From contig NC_092674.1 of the NCBI RefSeq assembly GCF_964355755.1, positions 9,424,001 to 9,488,000 of the forward strand: a stretch of 64,000 bases of DNA, given 5' to 3'. Positions 15,901 to 28,514 of this stretch are shown here, piece by piece; positions within the stretch are counted from its first letter, which is position 1; each line of letters starts with the position of its first letter. The stretch is from Antedon mediterranea (Eukaryota; Animalia; Echinodermata). Position numbers and translations under genes: made by a program. A model generated the notes under the pieces. It saw only the letters and a program-made list of their open reading frames with translations. It did no database searches and was not told the DNA's origin.

Positions 15901-16327
15901 TTAATTATTATAATGTGTACAGTGACAGATCCAGGATTTTGAAGTCCATTATAATAATATACTAATAAAAAGCAACAATGACAACGAGGATGCTATATTT
16001 TATTAATATCCCAGACTAATGAATGTTTGTTTATTCATACATATCCAACATAATTAAGCACACGGTCTAGTGCTAAACCATGATGCACAATGTAATTCTT
16101 CACAAATAATTAATATAAGACCTGGAAATCATAGATGCATAATATAATAGATAAATAACCGTTAATTTGCATTACAGCTAAATTGCACAACAATGACCCC
16201 AATCGTTTGGGTGTTTTTAACCGATTGAAAATTGGTCTTGTTTTTTGCTGCCAAGAAATTGGGGGTAATTTATTTGCACAGTTATTAATCCATTATATTG
16301 TTTGCAGAAAAAAAACATAATTCAAAG

Positions 16328-16463
16328 TAAAGCTCTGTCTATGCTATCAAACTATGTGCCCAAATATGGTAGTGATATACCCAAATATGGTAGTGATCAT
16401 CATGTCCATATATGGGCACCACATTTTTTGTCACATAAAGTTTGATAGTGTAGACAGAGTTTA
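16328..16463. mobile_element. Short MITE (PIF/Harbinger-like)
   Basis: TIR CTCTGTCTA..CTATCAAACT / AGTTTGATAG..TAGACAGAG; internal 22-bp-period tandem duplication of CCCAAATATGGTAGTGAT. Confidence 0.6.
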
Positions 16464-18014
16464 AGTTGTAAGTTCTTTGATGCAGCCTCAATCTAGTGAA
16501 AGCTATCATAGCACATAGCATGTCACTTTCAATTTATATGCCATCTGAAATCCGAGTAGAAATAGGTTGTGCTTTTATAACCGTTGATGGATATTAGATT
16601 TTATCAAAATATAAATTTCATTTTCATAATATTAGTAGTAGATCAATTTGCGTAGCTGTAACATTTATTTTATGTTATTTAATAAACTGTATTAATAATA
16701 AATAGCAATTTAAAGAAATCTATATATAAAACTAGAGGAACTGGAACACTACAAATCAGCTACGCCGCATATAGTATTTATAATATTAGCTTGCCTTTCA
16801 ATTCTGAAGTCCATGGTTTGCTCCTGACCATGCTCATTCTTGAACCTTGTGATTGTTCCTGCTAATGAGAATTATACTAATTATTACATTACCAAAGCTC
16901 TTGAGTTTTACACACACTGTGGCACTGGTGATGATGCCAAGTGTAAATATACTCTGCAGTTGCTAGTACATGAATTCAATGAAGACGAGAAAATCTGTGA
17001 GCAGCAAAATTGAACTCTGAACTTTCTGCAGAAGCTGTACCATTAGACCACTGGGGCTTTCATGGTAAGTTCAAGTTTGATCAAGTTCTCCTATATCAAA
17101 TGTACTCAGAATAAGATTTGTATATTTTTCAATGAACAGTAACGATATTAATATTATACAATCAAATATAAAATGGATCAGAAAAACTTTTATTCAGCAC
17201 AGAATACAATACATACATTGTATATCGGAGTCAAACTCATTTAAAACCATCCGGTTTACTGCAGTCTTTAAAAAACAAATAATATAATAACAACCAAAAA
17301 ATGTCATGAAATGAAAATATCAATCAATGATTCATTATACTACATTTATACAAAAAAAGAAAAAGAAATTGTTATATATAATTATATCAGAGCAGCACTG
17401 CAGCTTGGTGGTTATACGTTTTGGTTCAAATCCTGGAACTGCCAAGCATAGTGAAATATGTTTATACTAGTCTCACTGTAGGAGGTTTAGTTTAGAAAAA
17501 AATGCTGATTTTTTCCACTTTAATTTGTGTTTAATGCTATGATGATACAATAATGGTGCAGTTGATTCATTAAATATAAACAGTCATGTGATACTGTAAG
17601 TTGATGCTGAATACTTTTTACCCAATAATTTGTATCTATATAATGCTTAATACATGTCCTATATGAAATAATATGCTACTTGAAAATGTTGTAACCATAG
17701 AATTCTGAGTCATAGACTGATGGCAGAAAGAATGAAAGATGGCTAAGACCGCCTAACTTCAAACCCATTTTTCTAAACACTGACAACTAATGCATTAAGA
17801 GTATGAATAGCTGATACCCGAACTTGTTTTGTTCTTAAATTCTAATTTTTTATTGTAAATCATGTAAAAATAAGATTGGTTTAAAGCGTACAGTGATATT
17901 TCAAGGTATTTGCAAGTAAGATGTATTACATTATAAGTTATATGTGAACACTATGAAAACCTTCTTTAATGAATTTTGTTAGATTAAACTAAATAACATG
18001 CACTGAAATCTAGT

Positions 18015-18199
18015 TAAAGCTTGGTTCCCACTAGAACGTAACGCAAGGACGTAAACGCAACGCAAGCGTTTTAACCAATGACAAGCGAAGTTATAGACAG
18101 TTAGCAATCACAAGCGAATAAGCCATTGCTTGTGATTGGTCAATTCACTTGCGTTGCGCTACGTCCTTGCGTTGCGTCGCTAGTGGGAACCACGCTTTA
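18015..18199. mobile_element. Palindromic MITE (PIF/Harbinger-like)
   Basis: TAAAGC.TGGTTCCCACTAG..ACGCAAGGACGTA / TACGTCCTTGCGT..CTAGTGGGAACCA.GCTTTA; arms of about 50 bp. Confidence 0.75.
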
Positions 18200-19189
18200 G
18201 CGGTATTCACTTGTATAGGAGAATCTATTATTTTTAACTTAATTTTTCCCTTAGCCTAAGTGTGAATAGGGAATACAGCCACTGGGGCCCACCACTAAAA
18301 CTATAATTTTTATACTATACCTACAAATATATGCCTACACTAGTATGCCACTCTGTTTAACCTTTCTATTGTACACCAATTCAACAATTATCATTAAGTA
18401 TTCTTCTCATTAGTACATTAAATCCTTATTTTCCTAATTAAACCTTAAATAGGAGCTGTAATTGATTGAAGGTTTATTGAATTAAGCATCACAGCTGAAA
18501 GCATTCAAATAAATCGATCAGTTCCTTTGCTCTAATTTCTTTAAACTTCAGGAACAATTCAACAATCATGGACTATAAATAAACGAATGTACTCTATTTT
18601 CGGTTTTTGTGATTTGAAGATTGGCAATGAGTTGGTTTGTTAAAACCAATTAAAATAAAAACCCAAAATATAGCAATAGTAACAACAAGGCCATATACAT
18701 GGCTGCAGTCACGTGCTCAAGTCAGTGTTTACCGACCAACTGACCGACATAGTGAGCTAAAAGTTGCGTTGCACGAAACTGAAACATATGATTTTAAAAT
18801 CCTATAATAACTTTTCGGTTTTTTTTTATTCTGATATTTTTTTCGACTCTTTGAATAAAATTGTAAATATTTTGTCATTTTTGTATGATATTGTTACTGT
18901 TTCATGTTTATCAACTTTGTAATGGAGGTTTTCATCTTTGTCAGTTGATTTAAAATAAAAAATAAGTAATACAATTTGGCTAAAAATAAAATCCCATTCT
19001 ATTTTATTCCAGGAAATATTAATACTATTTGAAAGAAAATTTTAAATATAAAAATGTGTATTTGTGTTCTATATTTTGTTTTTATGTGATAAGAGATGAT
19101 AACAAATTATTATAAGTAACTCATAGCAATAACTTGACATTTTCTTCGGCCTACTGTACAAAAAAAGGTCATCGTCTGCAGTTGGCAGT

Positions 19190-19417
19190 TGGCTTGAAGT
19201 TTAAAGATACCGCGTCGGTGTCGTCCAATCGGATTGCGTAATGGTGACCTACCTGCAATCTTGGTGATCAACTCGTGCGCATTGATGAGATAAGCACACA
19301 CTCAAAACACTGTGTGTGTGCTGCTCGGATCGTCTGCTTCTTGTTGCTTGGAAGACTTAGTTTTAGCGAAAGTTCTACCACATTCTAAATGTAAATAATA
19401 GCTAAAAGATCATCTAG
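19190..19417 (+). promoter_or_regulatory. Candidate host promoter and non-coding first exon
   Basis: Local CpG-richer island with a CCAAT at ~19225, a strong donor TAG|GTAAGT at 19417/19418, then CTAGGC-rich sequence like that in the transposon first introns. Confidence 0.4.
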
Positions 19418-21266
19418 GTAAGTGTTATTGATATCGTCTTTATTGTTAACATCATTGCATGGTGCTTGTATATTGAACTGCAGCTCAAAGAACGATTGTT
19501 TTCCTAGCCTGCCTAGGCTAAGCTTAGACTGGGCTCTGTTGTATAGCAGCCTCATCTGTAGTGGTTGTATTGTGGTAGTAGGGGCCCTGGGTAAGGTGGG
19601 TTTTTCGCATGAGGAATTTCATTCATCACTTGTTGAGATGGTGGCATGTTTTTCATATCCATGGTTTCTCATTTCAGATAGAAATTTATATAAAGACTAA
19701 TAAATTATAATAGTATGTAGTGTGGTGACACATCTTACTTACTAGACTGATAATATTAAAAAGCATAAAAAGTTCTAGGTTAGTTATTCTAGGCTAAGAA
19801 GCTAGGCTAATCATTCATTATTTCTAATGTTCATACAGTACATAAATCCATGATTAAGGTTGGTTGAGAGGGGGTCACCAAGGAGGTGGGGCTGTGGCTT
19901 TCTGGAGTAATTTAGGTTGTTTACAAGGAGACTAAAAAATATGATGAAAAGGTGGGTTATGTCTTTTTTCTTTCCCTGTGTTTACGGTGTTTACGGTCTT
20001 TACTAATTAATTGTGTACGTCAATTATTTTTTCTTACTTTTTTTGTTTTCTAGAGAGTTTCCCCTCCCTACCTCCCCTCCCTACCTCCCCTCCCTGTCCC
20101 TTTGGTTAACATAGTGTTGTACACTGTATATAGTAATGTGGATATGGATTCTCAGAATTGTTTTATGTTATCCTTATTTACCACTGTCTTTACTCGGAAT
20201 TGCCTAGAGGAATATTATTCAGATCACAATGAAGTAACCGTTTATTTCTGTTTTTTAAACACAAGTGAGAGCAAATTCAAAACTGCATTAGATTATAATA
20301 ATATTGTAATAGATATTATGTAATGCATATCTTTGCATGCTGACATTTTGTGGTATAAAATAATATTTAATAATTTCTCCCCTAAAAACAATTCACATAG
20401 TACACACATTTTTTAAACTGAGAAGAACCATTTGTTAGGAATAACAAAGGCTCATGTGCAGTCATGCGTAGACACTAAAATCTCTTGTTTAGTCATGCAT
20501 TGCATTTATTTTATCCAGGCCAAGAAAACTCATTTGCAGGGAATAATTTAAAAATAGATTCTATTCAAATTTATGATGTAGCATAAATAGAAGAAGAAAT
20601 GCATGGAATTGATAGAATTATGATTATTAAAGCATAATAATGTTCAAAACTGAGACCTTGCATTAATATGATTTGATTCATGTAGTTGAAATTTGAATAT
20701 TTGTAGCCAAAGTAAATCATGAATACCAAAGATGATACATTCTGTCTACTGCTCGGTTTTCAACAGGAAATTAAACACATTTACAGACATTATGTTCAAT
20801 ATGTTTTTCAGACGATGTTATTGTTGATAAGCAGAATATAAATTAGTTTACAAGGAACCATGTCTCATGCTATCAATTAAACCATGTGGCTAGCAAAGGC
20901 TGAGTGTTTGCATATAATAAAAGTATTGTATTGCTATAAATGCATATTGTTGCTTACTACAGTGTTATTTTTTGTTGCTGACTTTAAAGTCCTACATCTA
21001 TGTTACATCTATTAACCTGAAATTTGGTAATCATATTGTAAATTACATAACCGATACTTGCACTGTTTTAAACGGGCTTTTAATTCCATTCGGATATGAT
21101 AGTAGAACAACAAATTTTCTTTAAAAATGTGTATTTTAGACCATTTTCCAGCTCTGAATCAATATTCATGTCCTAAAAAATCAAATATATTTTTCTATAA
21201 AATATAAAAGTTAATTATATCTCAACCGAATAGTAATAGTAATAGTAAATGACGATTATTTTATTT

Positions 21267-21308
21267 ACCTGACGTTTCGCCAACTATCAGTTGGCTTTCT
21301 CAAAGTGT
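21267..21308 (-). ncRNA. Minimal type I hammerhead-ribozyme-like motif (Penelope-like element type)
   Basis: Minus strand TTGAGAA-A-GCCAACT-gat-AGTTGGC-GAAA-CG-TC: U3-A8 variant core, 7-bp stem II, palindromic minimal stem III, weak stem I. Confidence 0.5.
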
Positions 21309-21398
21309 AGTGACACGTATGTCACCGTTGACCTCTAGATGATGGGGTCAACACATTGGTCCACACTTGACTGAGTTTGTATATACAATACCATGAAA

Positions 21399-21470
21399 GC
21401 CCTAGTGGTCTAATGGCTAGGACATCTGCATATCAAGCAGGCGGTCCGAGTTCGAGTCTCGGTTGGGGCG
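21399..21470 (+). tRNA. tRNA-like gene/pseudogene (anticodon ATC), probably repeat-borne
   Basis: Folds as a cloverleaf: acceptor GCCCTAG/TTGGGGC, anticodon stem TCTGC/GCAGG with loop ATATCAA, T arm CCGAG-TTCGAGT-CTCGG. T5 terminator at 21473. The ATC anticodon and A32 are non-standard. Confidence 0.55.
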
Positions 21471-24066
21471 ACTTTTTCTCATTCTCACAGATTTCCTCAT
21501 CTTTATCATTTCAAATTAATTAATTAAATTTCAGTATATCACCGGGCGGTTTCGAATTAATGTTCATTGCCTAATGTGTTTATATATATATTTTTATGAA
21601 ATACAGCCAATTAATAACCAAAAATATGGACCTAACTGTAAAAAATTAAAAGGAAATGTGGTTGTAAGTAAATTCAGCTTGTTTGAATATTTTGATTATT
21701 ATTATCAAGGACATATTTATGATTTCTTTGTTTTCAGTGGTTTACATTTCACTACTTTATGTTGTGAAGTGTAAAGAGAGAATCCTTTAGCCACTCGGGT
21801 AATTATTTAAATCAATTGTATTTCAACATTTAAGACTTCAATCTTGGTACATGTGTTTTTATTTTACAATCTTTTTATTTTCATTATATTAAATATAAGA
21901 ATCTTAAATGTTTTCCCATACCGAGATATTTGTATTTTGTTTGTTTTTTTATTCATTTTGTCATAGGCAGTGCTAAAGGTGCACTACCCCTTTTCCCCTC
22001 TCATTCTCCCTACCCAATTTGACAGCACAAACTATTTTGTCATATCTATTTTGAAAGAAGGTATATGTCAGTGCTTCACCGTTCAAAATAGATCGACCCT
22101 GTCGCCTGGACCTATTAACCGGCAAAACTGTGTTGAAGAATAGTACATCCCAATTTCTTCTTTGCCATCGTTCAAAATCGAAATCTACAAAAACAATGAT
22201 CAAATCTTGCATCTGTCATTGTACACATTTTTTTTCATTTACGAGTTTCTCTGTTTACAGTATGTGAATCAAAAAATCTCTTTTTATTAGTGTTTTTGTA
22301 AGAGCTCACATCACATTCTAAATTTAAATCTTTACTACTAACTAACCCAATTACCCAGAAATATAGGAATGTGACAAGTTATTGCTATTTGCTGTACCAA
22401 TACCCTGCCATGCTATAACATTGTCCAAGGACATACATGAATATCTTCATACAGGTAAGCCAGATAATTGATTGAAAGGCACTTAAAATTGTAAATATTT
22501 TATGTGTGGGTGTTGCTGTTCTCTTTATTCATATGTTCCTTGTTTAATATTTTCTTTTTATTATTTCATTTTATTTCAGTTCATTCAATTTACCAAAACA
22601 GTAGACATACAAAAAAAACAATATTTCTGAATGAATTGATATTATTAACTTTCACAATATAGTTAGGGAAAATCAAGATATTCCCTAACTAATAAGATTA
22701 GATAGAGAAATCTTTGAATGTGCAAATTTCACAATCCATACAATATACTAATGATTTATATGATATTAAAAATGTTTACAAGGGGGACACAGCCAAATCT
22801 AGAAAGTCTGGTCTTTATTTGAGTCGCCTACTATATAATAGAAAATTAACACAAAAAAAGTTAAACATTTACATTTTGTATTATATTGCCATTTTTATTC
22901 TTATGAAAATTCATATATTTCCAGTGTTGCACATTACAGTATTTTTTCTAATCTTCCATCATTTTGATAATATCCCATAAATACCTGTTATTGACTCCTC
23001 AATCAACAAGCTATTTTTTTAGTATTTTCCTCGCACTTTTTTAAAATTAGCCTTTCTGTTTTTGTAGTATGAAATTTGATGTCCATTAGTCTTGAGTGAA
23101 AATTACTAAGTTGACGTATGCAAACTGTAATATATGTACAGAGTAATGTACAGTATGCTATTTAGCTTCTATAAATAGAATAACTGTATTTCAATGAATT
23201 AAATTTTCCATTGAAAACAAAACCAGCAAATTATATTGCTAGGTATATACTAGTAAAATTTGTAAACATCTGTATTGACCATTTTTTTTATGCCTTGTAA
23301 TAAAATCTTGATGTTTCTGTTAAAATTATTTGTAGTAAATTTACAGTATTTTGCATAGTGAAACTGCTAAATTTATGAGAAGCGGGAGTACAAGATTTTG
23401 AAAATTCACTGTAGTAAGAGTTTGGCTGTTACATTTCTGTTTCTGTACATATGTAAATCTTCTTCTACAGTATTAAAGAATTCTTATGCAGTAATTTATT
23501 GTAGGCTGTCGATCGTCGCAAAGAAGAAGGTACCTATGCATGACAACCGGCGACCAAACAACGTCTTATTAGTATAAGTGTGCATGTGGGAATATTGGAA
23601 CATGCTTCCTCGCACCTCACCTTGGCACAGGTTTGATAGTTTCTAGGTCCAGTCGCCGACCAATGACAGATAAATTGACCTGTCATAGGTTGGTCCTCGG
23701 TTGCAATCGTAAGCTCTCTAATATAATACTACTGGATGCTTACCGTATTTTCCGGAGTATAGGTCGACCCCAAGTATAAGTCGACCCCCAACTTTGGCCT
23801 AGAATATCGTTGATTTTGGTATGACCTGAATATAAGTCGACCCCCAAAATCGGCTAATAACACAACTTACTTTAAAGATCATGGAACATGGTATTTGAAG
23901 TTTTTGCAAAATAGTAGTATTATAGTTGTTTCCCCTGATGGACATTAAACAAACAATAAATTAAACGTTTTCAGGACATAATTAAAGTGTTTTCTGCTAT
24001 TTCGCGCAACTGCTTTCAGTTCACGACTATTCGGGTTTTTTCGGCATTTTCCGGTAACCTCTGATA

Positions 24067-24084
24067 GTGACGTCATAAGATGAA
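24067..24084 (+). promoter_or_regulatory. CRE-containing 18-bp subterminal motif upstream of the transposase
   Basis: GTGACGTCATAAGATGAA, 191 bp inside the left terminus and 87 nt before the ATG. An exact inverted copy lies at 40521-40538. Confidence 0.6.
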
Positions 24085-24171
24085 GAAAACTTTTTCGCGC
24101 CTGTGTGTACAAACTATTGCTTGGCCCGTGTCGTGTGTTCATGTTGACAATCTTGCATCTATCTCATAAAA

Positions 24172-27100
24172 ATGCCGAAACGGTGTGTTTTCTTTGGGTG
24201 TAGTAACATTTCTAAAGATGAAATCAGTTTGCATTTCTTTCCTAAAGACAAATCCTTTTTTAAAAAGTGGGAAAAAGTTGTAGCAACCAAGAGAAAAAAC
24301 TGGAAAGCCAGCCCGTATTCTTGTGTATGTTCTGAACACTTCAGCGAAGACCAGTTTGTGGAATATAATTCCGTCAAGGCCCAGCTTGGTTTTGCAAACA
24401 GGTTTGTAATAACTTACTATTCTAATAAGTAATATTAAAATATTAATAATATAATAATAATAATAATAATACAGTAACTAGGCGACTAGGCCTAGTAGTA
24501 GTAGCCCTACTTTAGGCCTAGTCCTAGTAAGTAGTAGAAGCCTGGGTACTGTGTAGGCTTTTTCTGGTTACGGTCCTAGCTAGGCTAGCCTAAGGCCCGG
24601 GGGCCTAGCCTAGGTTAGTTGAGGCGTCCGTGGGGTATGAAGAACAAACAATTGTGCACTGACACCAATTGTTCACTTTGCCTTTGTTTAATAATTAGGA
24701 TAGGGGATAGACCTAGGCCTAGGCTAGTTATTATTTTTGAGACGTGATTTGTTATTGAATCAATCTTTTTGATGGCATTGAAAATCTAAATCACGTATGG
24801 GACGATGACGATTTGAAGCAGTGTATCACCCGATCAAAAATAATTACTACTACTAGGCTAGGCCTAGGCTAGTATTAGATGTTCCCAAATATGTTGGAAA
24901 TTAAGAAGTTTGTGATCAAGATCAAATGCATAGGCCTATTTTCTTTTTACAGAAAAAAAAAATTAAAGCCTGATGCCATTCCCTTTCATCGTGTATGTTG
25001 TGAAGAACTGGCCAATGACAAACAGAAACTAGTCCCAGGCCGTTCTGCATACCAAAAAAGGGAAAGTGAAAGAGAGTCTGTTCACAACAAAAGTGAAATT
25101 GAAAGGGTGAGTGATTACCTAATGATCTGCAGCATAAATGACTTGTAAAATAATGTTGTGTACTCTAACTTCTAATTCAGAATATACAGCAGTATGACCG
25201 TTATTATTAATGGTGATTTTGGTTCTTGTTTTACTATATTCCAGATTTTGAAAGAAAATAAGGAAAATGTTTTTGAAAGTGAAAGTGAAGCTATGGTCAA
25301 TGAAGATGGAAGTAGAAGATCTTGTGGTATAAATACCACAAGTGAAAAAAAATTCCATAAAGCTACAACTGTAAAGCCAGTTACAAGGACTGTTAAGATA
25401 CAGACTTCATACAAAGGCCCCAGTAAATGCAAGTACCTTGTCAATTAATGTTTGACACTAGGTGGTGTTGCTAATAGCTTTAAATGTGTACATTTATTTT
25501 TATTTATTTTTTCAGCTGTCCAGTGTGTACCTCTCTGTTGTTCTAGAGGTACTCAATGTGAACTGTTGCTTCCATTTGCAACATCCAGTCCTATTGCAAG
25601 TGAAGATGAAGATGAAGGTATGGAGGTAGATGACAATGATGATGATTATATACCAAGTGACACATCAAATTCAAGTATTGAATTGGATGAAGGTGAAAGT
25701 GATGAGTAAGTACAAACGCCATGTTACAGTTTCATTTTGATGCAATCAATTACATGTTAGTTATTTTACATTCTGACCTTGTAAACCTTTTTATATTATT
25801 TCAGTTCTAATAACTTTGAGTACGAATTAAACCACGAGGTAAAATATGTTGTGTTCCGCTCAATGCTGCTTAGCCTATTTACCCTATGTCAACTGTGTGG
25901 CAAAAAAGGTGCTAAAGCAGCAACAACTTGTATAGGGACATTAATAATAATAAATCAGACTTGTCGAGCATGTGATGGAAGTTTCCAGTGGAAAAGCCAG
26001 CCATACATCGGAGCAATTCCAGCTGGAAATCTTTTATTGAGTGCTGCCATTTTGTTCTCTGGTGCTTTGCCAAGTAAGGCATTGAAATTGTTACGCTTTT
26101 GGGGTGTGACAATATATGAAAGACACACCTTCTTCAGACACCAAAACAAATTTTTAATACCTGCTGTTAACAATTTATGGGACAGAAAGCAAACAGATTT
26201 GCTTAGAGTGGCTCGACAGTCTGAAGTGACATTAGGTGGTGATGCACGATGTGACAGCATGGGGCATTCGGCAAAATATGGAAGCTATACTTTATTAGAC
26301 CTGGATAGAAAAAAGATCTTGGCTATGGAGCTTGTTCAGGTAAGATTGTTGCTGCATGATTTCTTTGAAAATGATGGAATTTTATTCAATTGATTTTTTT
26401 GAAATGATTACAGTAGTTACTGTGATTAACATTATTAGAATTTTTTTTTTAATTATTTCATAGAGTAACGAAACTAATGGAAGCTACCATATGGAACTAG
26501 AAGGATTGAAGCGGTGTCTGAATGTGCTTTGGAAAAGTAATGTTGCTATCGGAACTTTGGTAACGGACCGGCATGCTCAAATTCAGAAGTGGCTAAGAGA
26601 CAACTGTAGTCAAATAACGCATTACTTTGATATCTGGCATGTGGCTAAAGGTAGGTTGGTTTACAAACATAATAATCTTGATTTCGTGTACTCAAATACT
26701 ACAAATCTTTATTTTGAATACTTGCAACACATTATATTTTATTATTTACATTTTTAGGGTTAAAAAAGAAACTTGTTGCTCTTGAGAAGAGGAAAGGGTG
26801 TGAACAAGTTAACAAATGGCGCCGAAGCATAATTAATCATCTCTATTGGAGTGTTGTTACAAGTAACGGAAATGGGGACCTAGCTCTAGCAAAGTGGGAT
26901 TCAATAACAAATCACATTGTGGATATTCATTCCGGTCATAGTGACTTGTTTCCGGCTTGCATTCATGGACCAGCTCAAAAAAAAAATTTCTTTACACCAG
27001 GTAAACCAATTATTATTTAACTTTTTGGGGCAAGTTTCTTCTCCAATATGTCCGATTTTTTGACTAATTATTTTTTGGTTTCTAGGGACAGAATGTAACG

Positions 27101-27840
27101 AAAAAGTAGCAGATATCCTGCAGAACAAGTACCTCATGAAAGATGTAGTGAAACTGTCTCCCTTAGGACAAACATATGGCGTCGAAGGTTTCCACAATCT
27201 TGTGAACCATTTTGCACCCAAGATGTTCCACTTTGGTTATTCTGGGATGAAAAGCAGGTATGTGCCTAGTTTATAATCAAATGTTCATTATTTATTTGTG
27301 TAGTGCTGTAATATTAGTATTTTCTAGGCCACATGGATTCATGTTTGTATTGTTTTTGTCTTATAGACTTCTGCTTGCAGTTTTTCATTACAATGAGAAT
27401 TCAGATCGTATTCAGGCAAGGACAAAAGATGGTGATCTCCAGTATGCCATTGCATTCCCAAAAGCAAAACAAGGTGGCCATACAGTCAAAAAAGTAATGA
27501 CAGAATGTACATTTGGTAAGTCTATTTTAGTTAGAATAAGCAACTAATTCTGGACATGGTGATTGATTTCTATTATGAATATGCTTTATAATGAAGACCT
27601 GGACTGCTCTGTGGTGAGAGATTATGTTCTGTTTATTTATTTTTTTTAGGGTATGTTGATGAACTGATTACAGAGGTAATGTCTGTTGTCGATGGTACTG
27701 CTGAATGCATTGACTTTGTTGACGCTCCCCCTCCCCTCTGTGCAAGTTTCGAACATCCAGACAAAACAGTAGCCATTGAAAGCCTGTTTACAAGGTTTCC
27801 AGAGACAGACTCAACATTAGATACATACACATCTAAGTAA
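24172..27840 (+). CDS. Kolobok transposase with N-terminal THAP zinc finger, 10 exons, ~742 aa, apparently intact
   Basis: Exons 24172-24401, 24953-25106, 25245-25422 (alternative GC donor after 25428), 25516-25705, 25805-26339, 26464-26650, 26758-27000, 27086-27257, 27367-27515, 27650-27840. Phases are compatible and sum to 2229 nt. THAP motifs CVFFGC..LHFFP..W..CSEHF..LKPDAIP; CxxC..CxxC; candidate catalytic residues LGGDARCDS, LVTDRH, QTYGVEGFH; HYNEN motif. Confidence 0.88.
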
Positions 27841-28342
27841 TGCGTTATTTGACTACAGTTGTCTCTTAGCCACTTCTGAATTTGAGCATGCCGGTCCGTT
27901 ACCAAAGTTCCGATAGCAACATTACTTTTCCAAAGCACATTCAGACACAGCTTCAATCCTTCTAGTTCCATACGGTAGTTTCCATTAGTTTTGTGACTCT
28001 ACGAAATAATATCAGATTGTAAATCTAATATGTTAATCACAGTAACTACTGTAATCATTCCAAAAACTCAATTGAAGTCACATCGTGCATCACCACCTAA
28101 TGTCACATCAGACTGTCAAGCCACTCTAAGCAAATCTGTTTGCTTTCTGTCCCATAAATTGTTAACAGACGGTATTAACAATTTTTTTGTTTTGAAGAAG
28201 GTGTGTCTTTCATATGTTGTCACACCCCAAAAGCTGGAATTGATCCAATGTATGGCTGGCTTTTCCACAACATTGGATACATACACATCTAAGTAATGAG
28301 TTATTTGACTACAGTTGTCTCTAAGCCACTTTTGAATTTGAG
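27831..28342 (-). repeat. Mosaic inverted (antisense) copy of the transposase's own exon 6, intron 5 and exon 5, in its 3' UTR
   Basis: 27831-28076 is the reverse complement of 26385-26631; 28077-28234 of 26095-26255; 28232-28268 of 25988-26024. 28268-28342 is a direct repeat of 27812-27886. Confidence 0.95.
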
Positions 28343-28498
28343 ACAACGCTTGTTACACATCAAAGTTTGGGTAATAGAATCAGGGAATCCCAAGGAGAAA
28401 TTCATACAATACAAAGGGCCTTACACAATGCTATGGAAATTCAAATCTAAATATACTGAAAATACCTGTATTTTTCATTTTAGGATTGTTATACTGTA

Positions 28499-28514
28499 AA
28501 TAAATGTTAATAAA
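28499..28514 (+). terminator. Candidate polyadenylation signals of the transposase mRNA
   Basis: AATAAA at 28499-28504 and 28509-28514, the first ones seen after the stop codon at 27840 and downstream of the antisense block. Confidence 0.55.

Noticed and set aside
18240-18290. ~45-bp match to 59416-59458 as ends of one large element
   Set aside because: Same orientation, diverged and no TSD; an ordinary dispersed repeat fragment.
21399-21470. Functional tRNA-Asp gene
   Set aside because: ATC anticodon, non-standard loop base, several G-T pairs and repeat context; kept only as tRNA-like.
802-23000. Short 60-90 aa ORFs in the left flank
   Set aside because: AT-rich, low-complexity translations with no domain motifs or consistent exon chain.
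27633-27971. Minus-strand ORF nearly identical to transposase exon 6, read as a second transposase gene
   Set aside because: It is the inverted duplicate: fragmentary, no true ATG in the copy, and it continues into the antisense of exon 10.
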